DNA from: Utricularia gibba
Taxonomy: Eukaryota > Plantae > Magnoliophyta
Direction of reading: 5' to 3'
NCBI GenBank assembly: GCA_002189035.1
Contig: CM007990.1
Location: 1,054,001 to 1,118,000 of the forward strand
Length of the DNA: 64,000 nucleotides
Each line of letters starts with the position of its first letter. Positions within the stretch are counted from its first letter, which is position 1. The translations under genes and the position numbers were made by a program. Below, piece by piece: positions 13,264 through 24,917 of the stretch. The notes beneath the pieces are model-generated. The model was not told the DNA's origin, ran no database searches, and was given only the letters and a program-made list of their open reading frames with translations.

Positions 13264-13360
13264 ACCTGTGCTTGTTACACAGAACAAAAGCATATTGCAC
13301 CTGTGTCTAAGTTGTACAAGACTTTGCTGAGCTCCAGAAACGAAACTGTTGTTGTTTGGA

Positions 13361-15093
13361 TCATTTCGCCTTTGAAGGGCGAAGAAGCCCGTCTCGCAGG
13401 GCCATTTCATAGAGAGCAATGGCGATGAGAACCTTAGCATCTGGAGTCATCTGCCAAAGGCTTCTATAGGGAACAGCGTGCACACGTATCAGCTCACCAT
13501 GCTCGCGCAAACCTGTTTCTTTTCCCTGTAGCTGTTTGATTATCTCATTCTCAACCCGTCCTCTGTACAGGAACACACCAATGTCTTCATCACATCCGCC
13601 CTGATATTGCAAAACTTGGGTAATATTGTGCAGGAAAGTAACAATTTTCTCAATATGCTTGCAACTATATATACTTCAGTACTAAAACAGGAACGTACCG
13701 GAGAAGGATACACCCGGCATCCCGTCGACGAATCAAGGAAGGCAGTAAGGTTTTCCAAATCATCCATATGTATTTTCAATCCAGTCTCTTCCTCAACCTG
13801 GCAATAACCAGTGGCATAAAACTGAAGATGCAACTGCTTCTAATATTTTCGTTCATGGTGGAACAACTTCTGATAGGAAATTTATAGCAGTAGAGAAAAG
13901 GTCATTATGTCAAGAATGAAACCTCTCGAACAGCGGTGCCAACAATATCACCCTTGTCATCGTCCAACATTCCAGCTGGTAATTCCAGTACAAGCTTTCC
14001 AACAGGAACCCTGACCTTCCAGTTTCAAGTTCATAAGTTTAGGTGTTCTGGGAAAATCATAAACAGAAGAAGAAACAGGAGCAACCTGCTCTGTAAGGAC
14101 AGCATAAGTCTCACCATCATCGGTATCCAAAAGGATCAGCACTGCAACTGCTGGTCCTCTTGCGAAAACAATGCCGGGGACCTGTTGACACATCGCAGAT
14201 GAACTTAGAAAGTCTGATCTATCAGGCACATTCTCCAATAGGATTTCAAGCATCAGATCAAATTCTCAACCCCCAGTAAAATGGAAGTTCTAACTCTTAT
14301 CAGGATAAATAACTATCACCATAGCATCATTGGTGGGATTCGAATGCTGACTGTAAGATAGCTGTAGAAACAACGGAAAAAGGAAGCACCTTACTCCCTC
14401 CTTCATTATCAATAACATCTGCTTCGAACTTCAAAAATCCAACACGAGTACCGAACATGTCTACACCCTGTAACAAAAACCGTTGAGATAATCTCACAAT
14501 AGCAAACAGCCTCATATTCCCAGATGTGATAAAATTAGCTCATTCCAATAACAAAAAAGTAAACTGTACTTCAAAAATCTTTTCACTGACAGACACATTA
14601 CACAGCCCGCATTCATTGCTTATTGATTAGACAAAAACCTGAATGATAACTTGTCTAACAGACATGGATCCATTTGCCAGTAATCCCGTATCCGTCTGAA
14701 TATTTTTCAACCATTGCTTGAACAAAGAGCACTCTATCGCATTCCTACGACAGAACCCAATAGTTAACATAACACATTAACACATTAACACCCACCAATC
14801 ATTCACTTCCACAGTAAATACCAGAAAAAGAAAATCTCTTGCCTGAAATCCGCCTCCGAAACACCGGCTCCAGCCACCACAGACACGGGTTGATCTACTT
14901 GCCCTGGCAAGGTGATTGTGTGACTAAACCCAGAGGTTGACATTTTGGCGGAGAAAAATCGAACACGCTGGAAAAGACTCGGGGAAGATGGCGAGCCAAA
15001 GCCGATGCCACGCTTCCAGAATTTGAAGAACTGAAACCGGCATGAGACTGGAATCGGTAGCAGCTCCCCAGGAACAACAAACAGTGATCTCAT
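13361..15093 (-). CDS. NUDX14: Nudix hydrolase 14 / ADP-sugar pyrophosphatase, plastid-type
   Basis: GVDMFGTRVGFLKF, VPGIVFARGPAVAVL, Nudix box ELPAGMLDDDKGDIVGTAVREVEEETG, GGCDE, QLQGKETGLREHGE. Transit-peptide-like N-terminus. Confidence 0.95.
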
Positions 15094-15945
15094 TTTCGAC
15101 GGTGAGAAACATAATACAATTTCTTAAAATTAAAAAAACATTTCTATATTTATATTTTGTTTTATAATTATATTTAATTGATATGTTTAAAATATATAAA
15201 TAATAAATTAATACTCATTTAATTAATAAATTCACGTAAATAATATTTTTTAAAAAATATAATAAAAAATATTATGAAATATTTAAATTAAAAATTAATT
15301 TAATTAGTTGTAATTACAATATACTCATTTTATCTTATTTTTAATGATATTATCTATTTCAAATATTCAATTTTCATAATTTTAAATTATTCATTTTAAG
15401 ATAAAAAACATCTTACAAAATTAGAAAAATTTTCTTTATATAAATTGTATATTTATCTCATCTATAACTAATATAAGATTCATTTAAAGTCTTTACATCC
15501 TAGGATTATTTCCTTTTGTTTCTCTTTGAAAACTTAAACTTACTCATTGGACAAATACTACATCGATTATGCATGAGATAGAAGTATATTTTATATAAAA
15601 AAAATTTTTAATTTGTATGAAATCTTTTTCTTAAAAATGAAAAATGTAAAATTATGAATATTGAATGTCAAAAATGAATAATATCATATAAATTGATGAT
15701 GAATAGTTACGGTAATCAAACTTAACATTTAATAGAAAAATATAAAAAAAATAGAATTATGATAAAATATTTATTCAAAAATCATACAATATTGCAATTA
15801 TTTGAAATATAACTTATTCTTGAAAATGTGTGGCCCAAATCCGTTTACCCGACTTGGCGATAAGCCTCCGGGCTCCGGCTCCGGCTCCGCATTCATCATC
15901 AGAAGCCTTGCGAGACAAAAGCCTTCCCTATCCATCTATCCATCC

Positions 15946-16741
15946 ATGGCCGCCGCTGCTGCTGCCGCCGCCATTGTCGCTGCTGCACCAGTGCTTTCAA
16001 GCTTTCCGGCGCACACCAATACCAAATCCAAAACCCTAGTACCATTTCCCGGAAAACGGCGTGGCTTAAACGCTACCAAGGGTCCTTCCAGCGTCTGCAA
16101 GCCCCTTCCTCCGGATAGGCCTCTCTGGTTCCCGGGAAGCTCGCCTCCTCCGTGGCTCGACGGCAGCCTACCAGGGGATTTCGGGTTCGACCCACTCGGG
16201 CTAGGATCCGACCCCGATCTCCTAAAATGGTTCGCGCAAGCAGAACTGATTCACTCCAGATGGGCAATGCTCGCCGTGGCGGGGATCCTCATCCCTGAAT
16301 GGCTCCAGAAAATAGGATTCATCGCCGAGTTCTCCTGGTTCGACGCCGGCTCCAAGGACTACTTCGCAGACGCCACGACGTTGTTTTGGGTGCAATTGGT
16401 GCTGATGGGATGGGCGGAAGGGCGGAGGTGGGCGGATCTCGTGAAACCCGGGTGCGTCGACATCGAACCGACGCTCCCTCACAAGACGAAGCCGGTCCCC
16501 GATGTCGGGTACCCGGGAGGTCTCTGGTTCGACCCGATGATGTGGGGAGAGGCTCCCCGGAGCCGGTGATGGTGCTGAGGACGAAGGAGATAAAGAATGG
16601 GAGGCTGGCGATGCTGGCGTTCGTGGGGTTCTGCTTTCAGGCGGTGTACACCGGCGACGGACCCTAGAGAATCTCACGGCGCACGTTGCCGATCCCGGAC
16701 ACTGCAACATTTTCTCAGCCCTCGCATCACATTCACCATAG
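15946..16741 (+). CDS. LHCA6: PSI light-harvesting protein Lhca6, intronless, two apparent -1 frameshifts
   Basis: [63 protein letters not shown](R)[24 protein letters not shown]. One base is missing at G4 16544-16547 and one at C3 16662-16664; restoring them gives ...[24 protein letters not shown]. Confidence 0.9.
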
Positions 16742-17235
16742 CTCAAGAGCTGCATTTTTCCCTATTTTAAATCAAAATAAAATAAAATACATTAAACTGA
16801 TTTTTAAATTAAATTTTACACTTTTAAAAATAAATTACTTACAATCTTACTTGGATTGGATACTTCCGCCCATCCATTCGAAATTCAAGGTTATTCATTA
16901 TCATTTTATACAATATTATTCATTTTAAATATTCGATGTTTATGGTATTATATTTTTTCTTTCAAAAAAAATTATCATATAAAATTAGAAAATATATCTT
17001 TACCTGTACTTCTATTTTGTCTATAATCTAAATAGAATTCAATTAAGTTACTTATATAGGTTATTAAAATATTCCTATTCATGTTTAATTTTTTAAATGA
17101 AAATTATTTAAATGTCTCATTTATGATATTAAGTATGGTTATTTGTAAAAAAATGTAATTAATATGTATTATGCAATATAAAATAATTTTTTAAATGATA
17201 TAGAATTAATATTTAGACCTTTATACATCTCTGAT

Positions 17236-17297
17236 TGGGCTACGCGGGTCATTTACCAAAGGCCCATTATCAGTACAATGGGTTCAATTGAGGCCCA
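17236..17297. promoter_or_regulatory. site II (TGGGCY) element cluster upstream of the YqaJ-like gene
   Basis: TGGGCT at 17236, GGCCCA at 17261 and 17292, at the border between AT-rich spacer and GC-richer leader. Confidence 0.5.
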
Positions 17298-17917
17298 TTT
17301 ATACTGTCGCTGCCTGGCTGGGCTGATGACCCTTTAGCGGCTGCGCAGCTCCGCGGCAGGTTGAATGCGTTTTCCTTGTGAAGGTAAACTTTTGTTGGTA
17401 AATTGTTGTTGGGCGGCAAGTTTTATGCCTGCTTTGCGTCGTTTGGTGCTGAGGAAGAAGCCGGACAAATACATTCAATCTGTTTGACGATTCGCCCTAA
17501 TGAAGTTTGGTTTGAAGTTTAATGGCATGCGGTGAGTTTTCTTGCTGTGCAACCTCAACTGCACCGCTTTTCTCTTCATGCTTCTAATTCGTTGAAATGA
17601 TGTTTGTTGATTTTAGGAGCTTTGTGCAGTTTTTCTTTCGCAGACGAAGTGTGCACCTGTTTTAGTTTACGGGCTAGTGTTTTTAGTTCTCAAGGGTAGA
17701 CGCTGGAGTACAGTGCACAATTATTTGAAAAGTTGAAACAATTGCCAGGCAACAGATAGAGGTGTTTCGAGCGAGTTTTTTTTGATCTAAAGTGATGGTG
17801 GAAACACTAAGTTGCTCTCCATGTCTGCTTGGTAGAATAATGTTATTTGAGGTCTATCTCCCGGAATAAAAAGTTCTGACTGGTGACTTGTTGTGATTAT
17901 TGATCGCTTGAATTTCC

Positions 17918-18865
17918 ATGTTTGCATTGGAAAGGTTTGGTGATTCTTTTCTATTTCATGAAGCTTTGAAATTTCGTCAGCATGTCAATAAGTTTGAGAA
18001 AGACATCGTTTTTTTCTGCACCAGTAAAAGGAGTTATAGTACATCTCCAAGTTTAAGCTCTCTTGAATCCTTTTCTAGTGAACCATATACGAGTAGACTT
18101 CCGCATTGGTTTAAGAATTGGCAACATCTAAGAAGGGATAAACTAACTGCAAGCACTTTTGCATCTGCAGTTGGTTTCTGGCCTCGTGGAAGGACCAGAC
18201 TATGGCTAGAAAAGCTTGGAGCAATTGAACCATTCTCTGGTAACTTTGCTACAGATTATAGCAACATTAAGGAGGAAGAAGCTCTTGAAAGATATAAACT
18301 GTTAACTAGCAACACATTGTCATACCCTTCTTTTCAAGTGTATGGGGAAAAGAACCCTGAAGATAATTGGCTAGCAGCCTCTGCGGATGGAGTTGTAAAC
18401 AGCTATGTATATGAGTTGAGGACTTCCGGAGTTCCTGAAAAATACGAGTTATCCACTCGTGGCATTCTTGAAGTCAAGTGTCCAATCAGTCGCCAGATTG
18501 GCCCTTGGCGACGATTGCCTGTGCATTACATCCCACAAGCCCAGGGTTTGTTGGAAATACTTGATCGAGATTGGATGGACTTGTATGTTTGGACTGAACA
18601 TGGTAGTAGCCTGTTTAGGTTGCAGCGGGATCCAGAATATTGGAAGCTCTTGAAGACAGCCTTGTCCGATTTCTGGTGGAAGCATGTCCAACCTGCAAAA
18701 GCAATATGCAACAGCTCACTAATCACCAATCCACTTATTGAGTTAAGCTCACTGAGACCAGCACCCAAGCATGCTCTACATCGTTCTATCATATGTGAAA
18801 GCAAGCGCATTATTGACAACTCGAAATTGATTATCAGAGAAATTCATGGCAGGCTGGTATACTGA
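17918..18865 (+). CDS. YqaJ-like viral recombinase / lambda-exonuclease-fold (PD-(D/E)XK) nuclease
   Basis: Single 315-aa ORF with LTASTF, KEEEALERY, WLAASADG, LEVKCP, YIPQAQGLLEILDRDWMD motifs, as in the plant restriction-endonuclease-like YqaJ family. Confidence 0.9.
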   Translation: MFALERFGDSFLFHEALKFRQHVNKFEKDIVFFCTSKRSYSTSPSLSSLESFSSEPYTSRLPHWFKNWQHLRRDKLTASTFASAVGFWPRGRTRLWLEKLGAIEPFSGNFATDYSNIKEEEALERYKLLTSNTLSYPSFQVYGEKNPEDNWLAASADGVVNSYVYELRTSGVPEKYELSTRGILEVKCPISRQIGPWRRLPVHYIPQAQGLLEILDRDWMDLYVWTEHGSSLFRLQRDPEYWKLLKTALSDFWWKHVQPAKAICNSSLITNPLIELSSLRPAPKHALHRSIICESKRIIDNSKLIIREIHGRLVY

Positions 18866-19870
18866 TACTGGAGGATACTACCTCTTTATCCCTACTTTCA
18901 TGGAGGTTCACCCATTGACGGGTGAGCTGTTTATGGTTAAAATTACTCAGAGCAAGGCCAATGTCAGCTGCAACTCGTCATTCCGATGCTGCTGATTTCA
19001 GGTTAGAGAATTAACAGCTAATCTTCTCTCCGTTTTGAGCTTTGCTTTGCGCTTCCATATCTATGTGATGAACTTGAGAGTGTTCCTCAGAATGGCTCAA
19101 GGTGCGGGTTGTGTGTATCTCTGGATGTTACTGTAAACTGAAAAAAAAATAGCAATACTTTATGAATCTACAGAACGTGTGTTCTATTCTACAAAATTGT
19201 GGTCATCTTTACTCTTCTAAAGCGTTTGTGTGATACCCTTGCAGGATGACAAGATGAAGGAAACGAAACAGTAGCCAACGGATTGTCGGTGTGCATGATA
19301 AGCTATTCTTCTCGGGGGTCTAACAACCATCCCAAGGTTATGTCACTATAAGTTTCCAAGATCTGGTTTTGATTCACGACAGATATGGGGTGCTGATCGG
19401 ATTCTGAAAAAAGAGCAACCTAGTTGATCCTACTAGAACGTACCAATGAATTCGGAGTAACCCAGATGAAGATGAACTGAACACTGTAATACCATATGCG
19501 TGATGCATGGATGGCTGCCTATTGTCTCTGCATTCCCTTGTTCATGTATTATAGTTGGAACCCCGAATGGCGGAGATTTCTGCCAGCCCATCTGTCTTGC
19601 GTATTCTGTGGAACTCATTGTTTGGATTGTAAGAACGCGCAGTGACTAAACAATGATTGTACAGTACCCTTAGAGCAACCAAAAGAATTCATTGAAGAAC
19701 CAGAGCCAGGTTCAATTTCAACTGTCACAAACATTTCCATTGTTTGATTTTTATGTGGCACCATACAGACGGCGCCAAGCGTGGCAACACGACAAGACAA
19801 GCCGATGAGCAACAAGAACAGGTCAAAAAGCAAGAAAATACCAGGAGATCTATCTTCTAACAAACTTCAT

Positions 19871-21433
19871 TCAACTCAGATTCATTGATTCTATTTCTGT
19901 GGCAGGGATTTGATGTTCACATGGAGATGTAGTAGTTAAAGATTCACTACCACCGCCACCACTGTTGCTGCTGCTGCTGCAGACAGCGCTGTTGTAATAC
20001 CTACAAAGAACTTTGCACTTCACCACGTTGTCGTAGACGTAAAATCCAGGAGTGACCATGATCCTGACCATTGAAGGTACAAGCTTTTTAGCTCTGTCTC
20101 TCCCCATATCCTCCATGTATACAGGATCAAAGCCAGCTCCTTTGTCCACTCTGAAAATGGGTAAAGATGGGTGCACCGAATTGGCCAATAGATGAACGAG
20201 CCAAATCGATTTTGAAGCTCTAAAAAAGGCTTGCAAGAGTGGTTCAGGCCAAGCACGGCTCCACCCAAGCATTGCTACGATATCGTTCATTTTTCTGTCG
20301 CAGAATTTGCTGAACTCTTCGCTGAAGTTCTTCGTTCCTTTGCCCAGGACTTCTTCCCATGTCAATTCATGGAGACGGGTGAACATTGCGAAGCTCGCTT
20401 CGCAGTGATCGAGTGGATTGAGAACTGGGTTTGAGGAGTTCTTCTGAAAACCAGTCGTTTCGAAGTCTTCGTACAATGCTTTGTTCAATAAAGCTTCCAG
20501 GTAGAGGAGGGAGCCTCTGGGGTTCTTCGAAAATGAGATCTTGATGTCGTACGGCTGCAATAACAGTGATATTCTGTCATACACTTTGCCTCCAGCTTGT
20601 CTGAACTGCATAACCAGAGTTCTGCTGAGAATCCGAACTGATGATCTTGCTTCTGAAACCAGAATTAAGAAGTGTTGAATCACTTTCCGTGGATCCCCTA
20701 CTTTGATGTACGCATAATTGACACGCGGGGGAGGTTTATTCTGCTGATTCTGGGACTGGGTCTTGGCTTCGAGCCCAGATTTCAAGCTGTGGCAGTAGAT
20801 TTCGAGCTTGTTCAGCTTCTTCTCCAGCTCAGCCATGGAGTGCTTCAGCTTCGAAGCTTCAAGAATGGCTTCATCTCTTTTTCTTGATGCGTAGACAAGC
20901 TTGTTTGAGAGCTCTGCAACCACTATCTTCCAATGATCCTCTCTGGAAACAACGGACCCGCTGTCAGAAGACCTGGGGCTCTTCTTCATTGCCAGTGAAC
21001 CCAAAATTGACTTGAAAATTCCATTGGGGCTGGCTGATGAAAGGCGGTTATTCTCCAGAGGAACGACAGAGATCTTCTCACGGTTGCTGGGGCGGCATTT
21101 GTCGCACAACACTCCAACAGGATCGCTCCGTTTCTTCAAAGAAACTTCACTTGTGTTGTTCTCGGAGTGCAGAGGTGTTGGCTGATGTTGATAACCGCCT
21201 CCGGATTCTTCTGCTTTCTCCATGAAGACGCTCTGAGGGCTCCCCCTGAAACTGCTCTTCCCCTGTGAGAACTCCTCCTCTTCGTTCCCTTCTTCAATCT
21301 GCAACAACCAGTTCAAACCTTGTTACAGAAGCAGAAATCTCGATCTGGGTACCGGAGAAACCAGAGAAAAACATACTGTAGTGAAGTGGGAGAGCGAGCA
21401 TATCGAGGAGGAAGACAGAGTAGAAGCCGCCAT
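19871..21433 (-). CDS. IRK-interacting protein-like (coiled-coil, GIL1/IRKI-type)
   Basis: Exon 1 21433-21377 (MAASTLSSSSICSLSHFTT), GT-AG intron 21376-21299, exon 2 21298-19871. Motifs CDKCRP..REK.SVVPLE, MAELEKKLNKLEIYC, FCDRKM...AWPEPLLQAFF, PGFYVYDNVVKCKVLC. Confidence 0.88.
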
Positions 21434-24400
21434 CGATTTCATCATCCAAAGCCTCTTCACTCCACGAGAAACGGCATGGGGTTTTCTTCTTCAGCTCAAA
21501 GATTCAAACTTTCAGACGCAGATGAAGGAAGGCGCTCCCCTCAGCTCAGCTCAGCTCACCCCACAGAGCCTCTGCTCTGCCACTATCACCTCCTCTTTGA
21601 ACTTTGCAGAGGTGAAGGCGACATTTAATGCTACGCCCATCCACCACACCACCACCCCCAAGTTGCAGGACATTAAATGCAAAGGGAATCTGAGGTATAC
21701 GCGCCGGTTCCTGATAGGTCTTCGGGTCCTCATTGGGGCTCCAACACCACTGATCTGTATCGAACTTGTGTTGTCTAATGCTGCAGTTAGGCTCCTCGGG
21801 CACACCTTGTATTCTAGTCTGCCCTTCCCTGCTGGAAAAAACACCGCATCCATACGTGCTTTTTGGATGCTGCATCCCAGATCCGGTAACAAGGACAACC
21901 ACTGGTAACTGGTAACTCCTCCTCTTCCCTTTGACTTCACCCTGTTTCTTCCCTCACCCTTTTTAACCTTTGATGCCTTGCAGTTATACTCCATCCAACC
22001 CAAATCAAGATCAGGGCATGCTAGCAACATGCATCAAACAAAGGTTCCACTCCTTGAAAGCCCGAGTCAGACACACTGACACGCGCAGGCTGCGCCCTGA
22101 GGCAGCCCAGCAACAACAGCAGCCTCCCCCCTGCAATTGACACCGTGACCATGTCACCAAAAAGAGGTAGTTCCCGTCAACTCACATTCATGAGCACAGT
22201 CCGGTGGAGGGGTTTCATGAGATACAAATATCAGTTAATGTGCACCAACATGCCACCGAAGTAAATACAAAAAAAAAAGGTATGTTTTGACCTATGCATG
22301 CATAATTAGTGGGTGTACGGATTTGCTCATGAATGATTGGATTTAGACATTAGGGGTATGTTGGATTATTTAAAAAATCCCACTTTCATAGTGTAACATG
22401 TATACATTATGCTTTTTTATTGGTTTGTTGGGTGAGAAGATTGATGATTAGTAGTTAATGAGTCATAAAAGGGGGTAGGGAATTAACAAGTGTAGCGTGG
22501 GAATGTGGATGAATGAGGGGCGATATTCTGTTCCCTCTCCGTATTCACTATTAAATGGGCTGTGGGTGCACCCATTCAATGGCGACCCCCCATCAAACTA
22601 CCCTCATTAACTCCACTCTCCTCTCCCAACACAACCCATCGCTATTTTAAACTGAAAATTACATCAAAAAAACTTTAATATTTTGGCAAAATTAAGTCAT
22701 ACTTTTTCATATAAATTGGATACTTGGATCCCATCAGTTAAATCAATCCCTATATATTCGTATATTAACATTATTAGTCCTTCCCAAATTTGATAGCATA
22801 CGAGTATGATAGAATAACGTAAAATATTAAATTTTTTATATGATCACTTGTGTACTAAACGTTCATAAAACATATGATGTTTTGGGTGAAAATTGGTATC
22901 CGGGATAAGGCCGATTTTCATGGATACAGTTGGATGTGTTGTGCCCGATTAAGGTTTTAGTGTTTTACTTGGTTAAGTTGACAGAATTGAAGATAGATAG
23001 AGATTTTTATATGGAAACCATCAAAGAACGAAAAAATCATAGAACTGTCGGAGTTCATTAGAAAATATCTTCACTAGACGTAGATGGGGGAAAAGGTACA
23101 AGATGGAGGGCTTAGAGTCGAACACTTTTCTCTTCACAATTTCTCCTACTTATAGATGAAGTCGATCTGATCGAATCCTAAATTTTATAAATGTCGGCTA
23201 TTTTCTATGTTTGTACTGTGATCCTACTTTTCAGATAACCGTCGCCTTCTCTATTGTAATTCGACCACTTTTCAGACTATGCAAAACGGCTATCGTTGAC
23301 AGATTCTAACAATTATCGGTCCATCATCCTGTACTATCCTATCAGAACACCTTTTTGACAGTTTTTTAGGGACCAATTAACTACATCTGATTTGTACTCT
23401 CATCATATGATAACTTCATGAAATATTTCTTTTTCATGCAATATCTTTCAAATAGTGATAATTCATATTGTTTATATTACATCATTTTCAATTGGTCGTG
23501 TTGGGCCATAAAAAACTTGTGATATAATTAGTTTCTAAAATTTTATATTTTAGATGTTTTTGATAGTTTTCCAATTAGTTGGGGATTAAATTTATCATAA
23601 CTTTGTATAATTGGAGGATCAATAATGACAATTATTTTAAATAATAAGGATTATTTTATGTCAACTTGATGAATATTAAAATAATAATGATTAACCTTTA
23701 AAAGGATAGTTTTTGAATAAATATAATATCAAATGTATTTTTCCTTTATTAGTTTAAAATTAATTTTAAATTAAACATTTATATCAATAAAGTAACCACC
23801 AAATTTGATCCAAAACTATATACTAAACATTTTAGTAGCATTTGATGTTTTTTGGTAAAGAATATAATTGAATGCTTTTAAATAATGTATTTATTTTATA
23901 TGAAATTAAAATATTTATATTTTGAAAAAAAGGGCGTGTACTTAGTTTCAATAAATGAATATGCGCCTTAATTATAACGGAAAAAATGGAGAGGAGAAGA
24001 ATATCAATTATGGTGGAGAGTGGCGAGGGAGAGGAGAAATCTGCCCGGAGGCATATCGTCCACAGGCTGAGGATCGCCTTATCTCTTTGGGCACCTTGAA
24101 AAATGAGTCCCTCCTCCAGGCTCGGCCCGGAACACCCGGTGTGTCACCGGCCCGCCACGCTCGAAATTGCTTCCGCCAGGGTGATTTCTTTTCTCATAGG
24201 ACGCTTTTACCCCTGCCCATCCAATGAAAAAGGTGCTTTTTTGGGGGGACGTGGAGGATGGTGTGAGCTACCAAGTACGTGGTACTTGGAAGCAACCGGA
24301 AAACTGAAAATGCATGTGTGTGTGTGTGTATGTGTATGTGTGTGCTCTCGCCTCGGACAATCCTGGTTTTCTGGAAGCTTCCTGTCTTCTGGCGGCTTTT

Positions 24401-24917
24401 ACCACGGAAGTCGGTCACGTTTCTTGAGGGGAAGTTCGTTGATGTCTCTGGGGTGTTGATGATTTGGTGCTGTTTCGTCTCCCGACAAGAACTTGTGAAC
24501 AGAAGATGATGACTGCTGGTGGCGTTCTTGGAGCCTGCAGGGGTGATGATGGGGGGAGGAAGAATGAAAGAAGTCTCCTTTTTGTAGGATGAGGGTAAAT
24601 ATGTCATTTGGTGAAACCTGGTTCGAGGATAAACTGGGCATGGGGTTGGAAATTGGAATTAGATCATCTGTGGTTGTGGTTGAGTGGGAGAGAGACGCGC
24701 CAGTGGAAGTGGACCGTGTGTCGTTCGTGTGTTCATCGCTTGGTTGCTGGAGAAGGCGAGTTGATTTTCGTTTTCACTGATTCTGCGTGGTGGTATTTGA
24801 TTTCATTGCGTAGTATTCTGCTCAGTCCGTTTTAGAGAAAGTGATCTATGTCGCGTTGATTTAGAGGTTTTCTTGCTGTAGGGTCATTGAAATTGGTGGC
24901 TGCTCAGCAACTGAACG

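Noticed and set aside
16222-16755. 177-aa antisense ORF over LHCA6, and similar long shadow ORFs over the RLK (28986-29435), NAC (49509-50093), GAE and PPR
   Set aside because: These are antisense or alternative-frame shadows of GC-rich coding sequence with no recognisable domains.
22650-23670. Possible Mutator-like non-autonomous element (AGTCC/GGGACC motifs, faint terminal similarity)
   Set aside because: TIRs could not be aligned convincingly and there is no TSD or transposase remnant.
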